Shown piece by piece: positions 12,327 to 23,632 of a DNA stretch of 64,000 nt. The notes below the pieces were generated by a model that was given only the letters and a program-made list of their open reading frames with translations, was not told the DNA's origin and did no database searches. The DNA is taken from positions 5,084,001 to 5,148,000 of the forward strand of contig CM120647.1 in the NCBI GenBank assembly GCA_051362555.1, written 5' to 3'. Made by a program: the position numbers and the translations under genes. This DNA comes from Lingula anatina. Taxonomy: Eukaryota; Animalia; Brachiopoda. Positions within the stretch are counted from its first letter, which is position 1, and each line of letters opens with the position of its first letter.

Positions 12327-14017
12327 CTTGACATTTAATATGGAATATTTTTTTCTAAATCATTATTCATTAGTTTTTTTCTTATTTCGCAGACTGATAA
12401 ATAAAAATAAGGATTAAAATCGTGTTTTAATAACTTTTGATAAAATGTTCCATGTCATTGCAACATCAGTTCTTTAATTGACTTCGCCAGTGAAGCAAAC
12501 AAAAATGCATTGCCAACAACCATTGAAAGCGATATTTTGGATCTCCATATCTTCCAAATTATTAGAACAACTAACTACTGAACTACCTCGCTAACGAGCA
12601 AACTTAGCGATTTTCGAGGGGTGTTTCACGAAGCAGTAGTTAATTTATCGCTAATTTCAGTCGTAAAGTTCGGTCGCTAGTTCTCTCGTTACTCACCGTA
12701 GTCTCGAAACCGTCTGCCGGAAGTGGAACTCTTGCGTAAAAGTGTCACGAAAGCACTAACTCTCCAATTTTTGGTGGCTGGAAATGCATAAGAACGTCTG
12801 CTTTGAGGTCGTCGTAAAGGATCTCCACCACCTTTTTGCCGCTCTTTTTGTCACAGCTAGGCGCAACCTCTCGTAAATTGCATCATCGTGTGTATATTCT
12901 AATAGATTCTGCCTTTCATGAAAACGTCGTAGTCTACGTTGCCGTCTGGCGGTGCGGTTAGCAAGAAAGGTAGCCGCCATATTGGATACAAAGACAAACG
13001 ACAGACAACGGTAACTAAGCAACCTTTTTATTTCACTCATTACGCATGCGTACGATGAAACTCTAGAGTTAGCGACTGGTCTGACCAGTCGTTAAATATC
13101 CAAGGCAACAACGAGACAATAACGAGCGAGAGAACTAGCGACTGCTTCGTGAAACGGCACTCTAACTAGCGAGAGGCTAACTATCGATCGCTAACTAACT
13201 ATTGCTTTGTGAAACCGGCCCCTGGTGAAATCTGACCTCAATAAAGAAAACAACGCGATTTCAGTATTCTACCCAGAAACGGTCATGGTCCCCAATTCAT
13301 TAGAGAAACAGACTACACTGTTTTGCTGTTTACAGTGGCTTCCTCAGAGGTCGCCTAATATCCTAACCTGCTGAAACCATTTTGGTCTTCGCTTAGCGCC
13401 TTGAAAAACGCGTTTTGGTGACAATTTGCCCCTCATTTAAAACGTACTAGGTGGTTTTGGTTTAATTGTAGGAGCATTTCCTGAAGGACATTGAGTCCTG
13501 TATCCTGGTGGTAAGATATCGATACATTGGACGTGCTGTCTGTGTGGGTACATAACCCTGGGCATTACTCTATGAAACTGTGCGGACAGTTCCGTTTGGG
13601 GCAATAATCTGTCTGGCAATATCTGTCTTTTTCGCGCCATTCTGGCACAGCTTAACGATTTTGATAAACAATGCTTAACTCATTTTACACAATGCAAAAC
13701 CGACCGCTTGCATGCAAAATTTCAAATTCTTCTATGCAATGGTGGCCGACATATGGATACATTTTTGACAGAACCGTGCCTCGCCAAAGCCAAGCTTTGG
13801 CCAGCCCAAAGGAGCACTACTCAATTAAATCACTGCATATTACACAATGCAGCAATGCATCAGACTTGGTAATCAGTTAATTGGTAGAGACACACCTGTC
13901 TTCACACTTCTCCAGTCAGATATCTTAAATGAGATCTGAGTTTTTTTCAATTAAGAACGCATTTTACCTAGGTTATACCTTTAAAACTGCAATATTCCAT
14001 ATTAAATGTCAAGTCTG
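12323..14017 (-). mobile_element. Tc1/mariner-like degenerate element inserted in (TA)n
   Basis: Perfect TIR CAGACTTGACATTTAATATGGAATATT at both ends, flanked by TA. A related copy lies at 51637-52519. Confidence 0.8.
12618..13222 (-). mobile_element. PIF/Harbinger deletion derivative nested in the Tc1-like element
   Basis: TIRs GGGGTGTTTCACGAAGCAGTAGTTA / TAACTATTGCTTTGTGAAACCGGCCCC. It retains a HARBI1-like N-terminus (MAATFLANR...RRFHERQNLLEYTHDDAIYERLRL). Confidence 0.7.
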
Positions 14018-14874
14018 TATATATATATATGAGTAAATAATTTGAATTTGAAAACATAATTTGAACTGTGCAATATTCCACAGAAAAAAAATATAGCAAT
14101 TTTGAATTGGATATTGCACCAGTAATAAGCAGACCTTACATTAAAACAGCATTCAGAAAAACACTATTGTATATTTGTATTCTCCAGCACAGGTTTACAA
14201 GAACTGGCTCTGAGCAGTTATATCCAGTAGTAATTTGACTATGTTAAAAAAAATTAAAAATGGAAATAACCAAGTGTCAATTTAACTTTCTTTTTATTTA
14301 ACAATATAACTCACCCTGGGGTTCCCATTCGATGCCACTAGAGACAAGTTCATCACTAGTAATTAACTCAGCACCCTTGTCCAATGAAGGTCTGTAATTG
14401 GAAGTAGAGCACATTCTAATAGATTGTTTCATGCACATGGAAAGTAATCAAAATAGTAATTTATACCTAAATGTTACGCACGCAGCGGTGCGTACCTGTA
14501 AGTTTGTATCACATGCTTTTGCTTTACTAGTTGTCCAATGATCATGTGATGGAGAGCATGGGATCTCCATTGGCCAGTCTATTGAGAACTATTCACTCCA
14601 CTTTACTACTTATACTGTATGCAGCGTATTTCTTTGGACAGTCTTTCTTAGTTGTGCAAGGGCGTATCGGGCATACATTCTTGAATTTGTGTATAGCAGG
14701 GGGTGTGTTAATATTGAGTAAGTTACATATTTTTTTCTTTATAATGTACAACTTAAGTTACTTAATTATTTATGTAATCATTTCTTTATAAGTGTAAATT
14801 TATTAATGTATCTTTATATTAAAGTGGCTTATATTGTTGTTTTCTTTTTTTAGGCCACCACACATACTAATAAT

Positions 14875-16473
14875 AGAGAGCTTTCGCACCTGCACGTTTA
14901 GGCGACCGACTACATTTAGCTATCCGTAACCGTAAAATGACCAACGTTTATTTTTTTCGTGATTTCGCAGAAAGACCCGGTTAGCCTTTACGGATAGTCG
15001 AATTGCACAGTAGCTGAAACATGTTTCACGTGCTGTAAGCAGAGACGTTCAATTACCGTAGGTCATACGCCATTGGACAGGTTAGGTAATTTTGGAATGG
15101 TCTTCCATACGCAATTTATGGAGATCAGGTGTAACGAAACTCAGGGTTCGTGTAGCAGAAAGTCCGCCTCCCATATAGTTATTAACGGTTAGGGCTGGCC
15201 TGACCTTAGTGGTCAAAATCTAGGCCGAGGCTCACCTGTACAAGTGAATGGGAAGCGGACTATCTGTTACGTTACACTGGTCTTCTGGTCAACTGCCATA
15301 CCTGTGTGTATGGCAATCAGACGAGTCGGTACTTTTATCTAGATCCTCCCACCTTGGAGGACTATTTAGCATGAACTGTACACGTATACATTGTGCGTAT
15401 GGAAAATTAAATAGTAGAATGTAAAATTTATACCGCAAGCAAACATTTATTTAATTGAAATCTTGAATAAAAAACAATGTTTTAACAAAGATTCAGCCCA
15501 TGTGTATCTTGTAGGCAGCAAGAGCATAGTATGTCAATTCAGTTTCTCATCTCCATCATTTGTTTGTCTTTCTCAATTTGAGCTTCTGTCTCTTTCTTTT
15601 CTAATTCAAAGCCTTCTTTCTAGAAGGCTTGTCTTTCAGGTAACTGACGTAATCTGCTGATGAATCAGTACGGCCCTTCTTAAGAGGCGGCATGTTGTCC
15701 CAATTTCAGTTGAAAAAATAAGCGTATCACCAATTAATGCAGCGTCAGTTTTTGCTACTGATATAATAAATATTAATCAACATTTGCTATTAGAGACAAT
15801 TAGATGTATAGAAAGATGCGCTGTCCTTACTTTTATTTATTATTCATTTATTCAAATACACAAAACAGGACGACATGTGACTTTCGAAATAAGGCTTCAT
15901 AAAATTTGCATTAAAAGTCAAAGAGACATGTCCTGTCAACTACAGGAAAAAATCGAGCTACTAGTAGTATCTTACTAAACGGCACTTACCTTACGGATAT
16001 CCTGCGTCTTATGCGTCAACTGCAGACGGCTATTCTACAGACCACTTATAAAGACATGTGTACTCGTAACAACTGCTCGCAAAATGATGACCTAACAGTC
16101 TTATCATACAATCAGTCACGCGTGCGGAAGGCCAGTTCTGACTGCCTTGTGGACAGTGGAAAATGCCCTTTGTACGGGTAAAATCTATATTTCAATAGTA
16201 TCAAAATGACAGAGACAAAATGACAGAGACAAAATGTTTCACGTATATTGCAAAAATGAAATATCTAATATGATTTTAGAAGAGAAACGATCAATTTTAA
16301 AAGGCTTGATTTCATAAAACTATGCTGATTTGTCAAACCGTTTTTCATTGACGGATAGCAATCTAGCCGCGGATAAGGTTCTCTCTAACCGTATGTGTAC
16401 ACGTCACTAGACAGCAACATATGATGACCTAAACGTAGTCGTCTGCCTAAACGTACAGATGCGAAAGCTCTCT
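14875..16473. mobile_element. Non-autonomous TIR element (Harbinger/ISL2EU-like) inserted in the 5' LTR of the BEL element
   Basis: TIRs AGAGAGCTTTCGCACCTGCACGTTTAGGC / GCCTAAACGTACAGATGCGAAAGCTCTCT with a 3-bp TSD (AAT). The element is absent from the 3' LTR. Confidence 0.85.
15126..15279. repeat. Small foldback (MITE-like) repeat
   Basis: GTGTAACG...CGTTACAC ends, with inner inverted arms AGCAGAAAGTCCGCCTCCCAT / ATGGGAAGCGGACTATCTGTT. Confidence 0.45.
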
Positions 16474-16593
16474 AATAAATACAATATTGCAAACGGTTAT
16501 GTTTGTCGGTTTATTGTAAAATGTGCGTGTGCCAATGACCAGAAAATTTCAACCCCGACAGCTGTGCGCAACAGTGGCTCAATAACCTGTGAA

Positions 16594-16790
16594 CGACGAC
16601 AGCACAAGTAGTACGGGTCAACGCCTGCGTACGTATCGTCTGTTCGTTTCTGATAGCACCGAATCCGCAACGACGACAGCACGAGTGGTACGGGTCAACG
16701 CCTGCGTACGTATCGTCTGTCCGTTTTTGGTAGCAACGAGTCAGCAACAACAATAGCGAAATTGGTACGGGTCAGCGCCTGAGTACGTCG
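16594..16790 (+). repeat. About 78-bp tandem repeat (about 2.5 units) in the BEL leader
   Basis: GTACGGGTCA(A/G)CGCCTG(C/A)GTACGT occurs three times. Confidence 0.75.
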
Positions 16791-16843
16791 GTCGATGACA
16801 GAGGAGTGACAGATCCTCATTTACTACATTTCAATCGTTTAGT

Positions 16844-18445
16844 ATGGCGTCCAAGGAAGAATCAACGGTCAAGTCCAATGAAGAACCCAAACGTGTCAGA
16901 AGTTCGTGCAAAGGTCAAGTTACTCGCGTTTTGAATGCTATAGAACGAGGAACAGTATCAGGAAACTGTAAGTTGATCTCGAAAGCACTGTCAGATCTGG
17001 ACGATATATTTATTCAGTTAGAAACTGCTCATTTTAACTATCATGATACACTAGAAAATGAAGTAGATATTACTGACAGTAAGAAATGGTTTGATGAATT
17101 ACAACACAGATATCTAACTGTTGTAAAAAATGCTAGATCTTTATTGAAGGGCGAATCCGCTGATTCCACAGCTTTTAATATCAGTGAAAAATTGCTGAGT
17201 ACAATTGACATACCTAAGGTGGAAATCATGACGTTCGATGGAGATCCTGCGTTCTATCATTCATTCATTACAATGTTTGATGAGATGGTAGAGAGTAGAA
17301 TATCTGATCCCGTCATGAAACTCACTCGGTTAGTTCAGTTTACATCTGGTGTAGCAAAAGATTCAATTCAAAATTGTGTGCTAATGGGAGGGCAAGGATA
17401 CGTTATGGCTAGGGAGATATTAAAGTCGAGATTTGGAAATGACCATTTGGTCACTTGCAGTATCTTGAATAATCTCAAATCAGGACGTAGCGTGTCCAGC
17501 CCAGAAGATTTAATGAAACTTTCTTACGAGTTAAATTTGGCCAATACTATTCTCTGCAATTTGGGAATGAGTTCTGAAATTGACAATCAAAGATCTATCA
17601 TATATATTCTAAAAAGATGCAAATCAAGTGTATCACAAAAATTGCATCAGAAGGCTTTGAAAATCAAGACTGAGAAAAACAAATATCCGTCATTTAGTCA
17701 GTTCGTAGATTTCATAAAAGAGATGGCCGAGAAAGCAAACGATCCTGTTTATGGTGAAAAGTCAGTTTACTCAGGTAAGACATCCGTGTCAGCATGCGCT
17801 TGCGAATTTAAGAGTGATTACCAACCAAACCCAGATCAACATGTAGATAACACACGTAGTATGTTATCTACTCCCTATTCAAACCCATGTGTTATTTGCG
17901 GCAAGAGTCATTCCATTCCTCGTTGTGATACATTTAGGAGTATGAAAGTGCCTGAGCGGTTGTCAGCGCTGAGAAAATTCAATTTGTGTTTCAATTGTTT
18001 TGAGCGTGGTCATCGAGCATCTGAGTGTGGAAAACCATATTTTTGCAGTAAACCAGAGTGTGAGAGAAAATCTAAACATTCTAATTTCTTACACCCAGCG
18101 AGTCAATGTCAGATTGGTCTGAAATCATCTCAGAGTGCGAGAACTGAAAATCAGGTCAATTCAAATACGTGTGTTCATTCATGTAGTGTGAATTTGCCCA
18201 TTGTGATGGTGAAGGTCAATGATAAGAAAATGGCCCTCGCTTTGTTAGATACTGGTTCTTCATCTTCATTTATTTCACATGATTTGGTGTCAGATTTGGA
18301 CATCAAAACTGTTTCATCATATAAATACAGGTTGAACACTGACTCAAAGGTGACCGAGTCGTGCACAATAGATTTCGTAATATCGCCTTGCGAAGATCTC
18401 AATGCGCAGTTTTTCATCTCAAACGCGACAGTGGTGCCGAAATAG
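16844..18445 (+). CDS. BEL/Pao Gag plus aspartic protease (ends in a premature stop)
   Basis: A 533-aa ORF with a DUF1759-like region (FDGDPAFYHSF), three Cys/His knuckles (CVICGKSHSIPRC, CFNCFERGHRASEC, CSKPECERKSKHSNFLH) and the protease motif LLDTGS. Confidence 0.85.
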   Translation: MASKEESTVKSNEEPKRVRSSCKGQVTRVLNAIERGTVSGNCKLISKALSDLDDIFIQLETAHFNYHDTLENEVDITDSKKWFDELQHRYLTVVKNARSLLKGESADSTAFNISEKLLSTIDIPKVEIMTFDGDPAFYHSFITMFDEMVESRISDPVMKLTRLVQFTSGVAKDSIQNCVLMGGQGYVMAREILKSRFGNDHLVTCSILNNLKSGRSVSSPEDLMKLSYELNLANTILCNLGMSSEIDNQRSIIYILKRCKSSVSQKLHQKALKIKTEKNKYPSFSQFVDFIKEMAEKANDPVYGEKSVYSGKTSVSACACEFKSDYQPNPDQHVDNTRSMLSTPYSNPCVICGKSHSIPRCDTFRSMKVPERLSALRKFNLCFNCFERGHRASECGKPYFCSKPECERKSKHSNFLHPASQCQIGLKSSQSARTENQVNSNTCVHSCSVNLPIVMVKVNDKKMALALLDTGSSSSFISHDLVSDLDIKTVSSYKYRLNTDSKVTESCTIDFVISPCEDLNAQFFISNATVVPK

Positions 18446-18514
18446 TCTATTTGTGCAAATAAACCTGTAAATACAGAGCATTTTACCGACATTCAGTTTT
18501 CTTCTTGTGTTGAT

Positions 18515-19840
18515 TTGGAGAAAGTAGAGATCATTATTGGCATGGATAACGCAGACTTGATTTTGCCAATTGAAACGCGCGTTGATCCAACTGGTCATTT
18601 TCCGATATTTGCTATTAGGACTAGGCTCGGATGGTGCCTATGCGGTCCTAACAATTCTGATTCAATGTCACGATTGGTGACTTCGAATTTCGTGTTAGTG
18701 GATGACGCGGTACGGAATCTGTGGAATATCGAAAATGACGTGGATTATGTTTCATTCTCGATTGATGATCGGGAAGTGCTAGATTTATGGGATAAAGAAA
18801 CTGTCAAAGTGGACAGTCATTATGTTATGCCCATTCCGTGGAGAAATAACGGCGTGAATTTTCCTGACAATTACATTCCGTTGATCAAACAATGTTTCTA
18901 TAACAGATACGACGAATGTATAAGAAAACTTCTTTCAGACAATCACGCGGAAAGGGTCCCTCCGGACGAGATACAGCTACGCGACGGAAAGGTATGGTAC
19001 TTACCCCATCATCATGTCATCAATCCGGCAAAGCCAGATAAGCTGAGAGTTGTGTATGATTGTGCATTTTCTTACAGAGGCGTGAGTTTGAATGATCAGT
19101 GTCTTCAAGGACCTGATCTAGTGAACAAGTTGATCGGAGTTCTTCTCCGTTTCCGCCAATATGAATATGCAATAACTGCTGATATTGAGTGTATGTATCA
19201 TCAGGTTGTGGTTGCAGAGAAAGATAGGAATGCATTGAGATTCTTGTGGCGAGAGAATGATTCCATTGTGCATCTTAGAATGCGTACTCACCTATTTGGA
19301 GGTAGGTGGTCTGGCAGCGCTAGTGCATACGCCCTCAAGCGCACCGTTCACGATTCAGAGGTATCCGACCTTGTACATGATACTGTTTTCAACAATTTCT
19401 ATGTTGATGATATGTTGAAATCTGTGAGATCAAAATCAGAAGTGAGAGAGGTCGTAAATGACACGAAGACTGTGCTAAAGAGTGGTGGTTTCAATCTTAC
19501 GAAATACATAGTCAACAATTTGGATTTGATGAATGAAATCCCTATGAATGAGCGTGCGAAAGAAGTCAGTGAGCGAACGATTGATACAGGAACGAATGCG
19601 AAAGTATTGGGGTTGAGGTGGAATGTAAAGTCAGACTCATTCATATATAACATTCAACCTTGTGGCGAAACCTTTATGACAAAGCGTAAAATGCTGAGTG
19701 TAGTGTCATCATTGTATGATCCTTTGGGTTTTATTGCTCCTGTCATATTGCATGGAAGATTATTGTTTCAGAATGCTGTTAGGTTGGGTCTGTCCTGGGA
19801 TGATCGAATGAATTGGGATGAATTGACTGGGATGAATTGA
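18515..19840 (+). CDS. BEL/Pao reverse transcriptase, truncated before RNase H and integrase
   Basis: WYLPHH, KLRVVYD, ADIECMYHQV, FYVDD, KVLGLRWN and YDPLGFIAP motifs. The same reading frame continues from the upstream ORF past a stop. Confidence 0.88.
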   Translation: MEKVEIIIGMDNADLILPIETRVDPTGHFPIFAIRTRLGWCLCGPNNSDSMSRLVTSNFVLVDDAVRNLWNIENDVDYVSFSIDDREVLDLWDKETVKVDSHYVMPIPWRNNGVNFPDNYIPLIKQCFYNRYDECIRKLLSDNHAERVPPDEIQLRDGKVWYLPHHHVINPAKPDKLRVVYDCAFSYRGVSLNDQCLQGPDLVNKLIGVLLRFRQYEYAITADIECMYHQVVVAEKDRNALRFLWRENDSIVHLRMRTHLFGGRWSGSASAYALKRTVHDSEVSDLVHDTVFNNFYVDDMLKSVRSKSEVREVVNDTKTVLKSGGFNLTKYIVNNLDLMNEIPMNERAKEVSERTIDTGTNAKVLGLRWNVKSDSFIYNIQPCGETFMTKRKMLSVVSSLYDPLGFIAPVILHGRLLFQNAVRLGLSWDDRMNWDELTGMN

Positions 19841-20984
19841 GTAATGCATGGAGTGTATGGAATGCATTTTTGATGGAACTTGATAACATTCAATTTAAAA
19901 GATGTATCACTTTCTAAGCTCTCCAAGACCTCGATGTTAACAGCCCTAGTTTCTTTACTGTAAATAATCTAGTTAAGATTATTTAGCAAACTAAGTAATT
20001 AAGAAATTACTAGTGTAAGTTATCAAGTTTGACATGTATAATACTGTTATATTATTATAATTATTTTTTTTTATTCTGGGAGTGTTACGCACGCAGCGGT
20101 GCGTAAGTTTGTATCACATGCTTTTGCTTTACTATTTGTCCAATGATCATGTGATGGAGAGCATGGGATCTCCATTGGCCATTCTATTGAGAACTATTCA
20201 CTCCACTTTACTACTTTTACTGTATGCAGCGTATTTCTTTGGACAGTCTTTCTTAGTTGTGCAAGGGCGTATCGGGCATACGTTCTTGAATTTGTGTATA
20301 GCTTGAGGATGGGTCAATATTGAGTAAGTTACATATTTTTTCTTTATAATGTACAACTTAAGTAACGTAATTATTTATGTAATCATTTCTTTATAAGTGT
20401 AAATTTATTAATGTATCTTTATATTAAGGTGGCTTACATTGTTATGTTTTCTTTTTTTTAGGCCACCACACATACAAATAATAAATACAATATTGCAAAC
20501 GGTTGTGTTTGTCTGTTTATTGTAAAATGTGCGTGTGCCAATGACCAGAAAATTTCAACCCCGACAGCTGTGCGCAACACTAAATACCACCCGAAAGAAC
20601 AAGCAAATGAACATATTGCATTGCTTCCTACCAACAGGAGGTTTTGCACAACTATATACATTTATATATATATATGTACTAGTACACGTCTCTCTCTTAT
20701 GTTGAATCAATGCATGGCTCATTTCTTTAATAAATTATGTAAGGCTTCATTAAAATCAACTATTCCCTCTACTTTTTATTATCCCATACAGAAGTGTAAC
20801 TTTACCTTGCATGCATATATAATGATAACAATGATAATATTATCAGAGACCAAGAAATGTTGGGTATTTACAGATTACAGGACAATGCATCATTTTTTTC
20901 TCACAAACTGCAGTGGGAGACAAAATGAATATACCATGCAGCCTTAAAACTATTAGCAAAATGAAAATTTGCAGATCTGCTTAC

Positions 20985-21788
20985 CTTATGTACTTTTGTA
21001 AGGACGGAAATTGATCTACAAAACTGCTACTGCCATCACCTTAATAAATAAATAAATAAATAAATACATATATAAATGACTGAATACACATAAATCCCAC
21101 TTGTGTAAAGTAATTAAGAAAATAAAGATGCACTTGATATACCTTTGAGTATGTATACCCACTGTATTTACACCTAGCAAACTCACTGTTATCCTCATGT
21201 AACCTCATGTAAAGCATTTTACAGCCAGAATTTTTTAGGGAATTTATAATAGGCTTACCATAACTGTTTTCTACAATCTCCTCAGGCTCTTCTGTTTTCT
21301 GAAAGTAAAGCACACCTAATCAAGCAAAAGGCTTGTAGTTACAAGATGCTCCAAACAACAATTCATGCTTGTACAATAAATCCCTCGAGTACCAAGCTTT
21401 TAACTGATTCAGTTGCTTATGTTATCTTTTGGATAGTTTATATATATATTATATTAAAAAAGCGATAACTTTAAAGTATTTCGATTTCATGTATCCATTA
21501 CCTTGATTCTTTTGTCAACATGTTCTTCATCAGAATCAAAGAGATAAGGATCATACTCTGAAAGAAAATTACCTTATCAGTGTATACGACTGAACTAATT
21601 AAGCATTGCTTCTCACCATGTACAAATGCATACTTTATTACAATAATTAGTAGTAGGTGTTAAAATGGGGTGTGTGGGGAGTGATGCTGTGATGCAAGCC
21701 CCCCCCCCCCACAAGCCCCTGGCTTCAGTAAAAGTAAGGAAAAAAACTTACCACTGTCGCTCACATCATCATCCATATCCTCCCATGC
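20985..21788 (-). pseudogene. Small linker exons of the SET-YR gene
   Basis: AG/GT-bounded segments at about 21752-21788 (AWEDMDDDVSDS), 21501-21558 (YDPYLFDSDEEHVDKRIK) and 21142-21298 (KTEEPEEIVENSYGK...YSK). Confidence 0.5.
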
Positions 21789-22413
21789 CTAAAACAAATA
21801 CACATTTATAAAGATGCACACTACTTATTTATTTCAAAACTGGTGTCAGACATCATCTCTACAGCAGCACTATGATTTTTGAAATATCTAAGGACTTAAG
21901 ACAGTAGCCCTAAGTAACAGGTTTATACAGGTGTAACACTCTGTGAAAAAAACATTTTTCAAAGGAATGCCACAAAAATAAATGGTAATGAGCCATACTG
22001 ATTAGAAATCAAATTAATATACAATGCAGACATATGCATATTAAAGGTATATAATCTAGGACTTTTTGCAGGTTTTAAGCCCACGTGAAGTACTTAAATC
22101 ATCTACTCAAGTTCCTATTGAATGTATCTATAATGACAAACTGTTTCTGTAAACTAAGTCTCTGGGTCAGTCTTACAGTAACACAAGCCGAAAGTGATAT
22201 GGCATGTTTGAAAGTTCTGAACTACTAGTGTAGCACTCAGATTTACGAACATTTTCAAAATTTTAAAAGAGTTATGTTGACTGTCAGGCAAGAAGGATAA
22301 AATAGAAGTTAGTAAGAGAAAAACATTTCACCCCAGAAAAATCGTTTTTTGCTGCAAAATCCTAGATACCTTTAATCATGTTTCTAGACTATACACAACA
22401 GACAAATAGATAC

Positions 22414-23134
22414 CTTTTTTCTCCAATATAAATTGTTTGAGTCGCCATAATCATACACAATTTCATCCCCTATGTTGATCTCTTTAAGAGCAAAAAGCAC
22501 TAAATGTGGAGCAGCTGTTTTTTTTTTTTTTTTTCGTACTACTGCGTTTGGTTTTGGGCTATCGTTAACCATTCTTCCAGCCCTTGACTAAGTTTCTGTT
22601 GCATCAAGACTGAAAAAAAAATCAAATACTAACAGAAAAGTGAAAATGATAAATAAAATAATGATAATAAATTATTTGAACATTTACATCTTAACCATTT
22701 TAATTTCAAATATATGGGAACATTATATAGTAACCCTGTGTAAAAAAATAAAACATTTACCATAATTTTCTATCTTCATGTGTGAAAAAACAAAAAACAA
22801 ACAAATAACAGTGTCGACTAGACTGTTGATACTTGAGTGATTTCTCTCTCTGTTTAGCTTCCTTCTGAGAAATCAGCTCTCCACAATACTCTAGCAGGAA
22901 TTCTCCTTCAAATTTCTTTGTTGCAAAAACACCAGGCCCTGGAATTAGAACAAGTTTTCATCTTCACCTGAATACATTTGAGTTTATTTCTCCAACAAAC
23001 AAAACTGAAGAACCAATTTATGGCTTGCAGTAAAAATTACCTATCTCTTTATTGATAAATTTTACTTCAGTTCCATCCGGATCTTGGCCAGCTTTTATCC
23101 ATTTTTGTGCCTCACAGATGGGGTTTTCACTAGC
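22414..23134 (-). pseudogene. SET-domain lysine methyltransferase (PR-Set7/KMT5A-like), three exons, disrupted
   Basis: Exons 23041-23134 (FINKEIG), 22761-22938 (PGVFATKKFEGEFLLEY.GELIS...YLF) and 22414-22609 (LDAT...GRMVNDSPKPN...PHLVLFALKEINIGDEIVYDYGD). Splice sites are canonical. There is one stop and there are small frameshifts. Confidence 0.85.
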
Positions 23135-23215
23135 CTTTAATTTATATAAGAACGTCAAATTATGCTTAATTCTTAATAGTGTTAAGCAAGAATGAAAGAA
23201 AAGAGTCATTACAGG

Positions 23216-23284
<69 letters not shown>

Positions 23285-23287
<3 letters not shown>

Positions 23288-23539
23288 TAGTTCCAGACTT
23301 ATGCAGACACTACCCGTAAAAGCAGTGTTAGGTAGACCATCGTGTATATAGGTATTAGATGATCATTTATAATTGAAAAAATAACTTTATTTTAACTCTT
23401 AATGAATATTATGCACATGCAATGATTATTGAGGCACAGAAATAAAAAAAAAACAAAAAATATACAAAAAAAATTGGTCTGCCTAAGTTTCTGTAAGGAC
23501 AGTACCAGCATTAGGCAGACAAGCATTAGGCAGACCAGA

Positions 23540-23632
<93 letters not shown>

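Larger units (their letters stand above)
14472..20579 (+). mobile_element. BEL/Pao LTR retrotransposon with an internal deletion
   Basis: The LTRs TGTTACGCAC...TGCGCAACA lie at 14472-16573 (interrupted) and 20083-20579. The 5-bp TSD CTAAA is at 14467-14471 and 20580-20584. A TGG follows the 5' LTR, and gag-pro-RT ORFs are present. Confidence 0.93.

Noticed and set aside
16594-16790. CRISPR-like repeat array (also 27890-28120)
   Set aside because: These are whole-unit tandem repeats in LTR-retrotransposon leaders, with no unique spacers and no cas genes.
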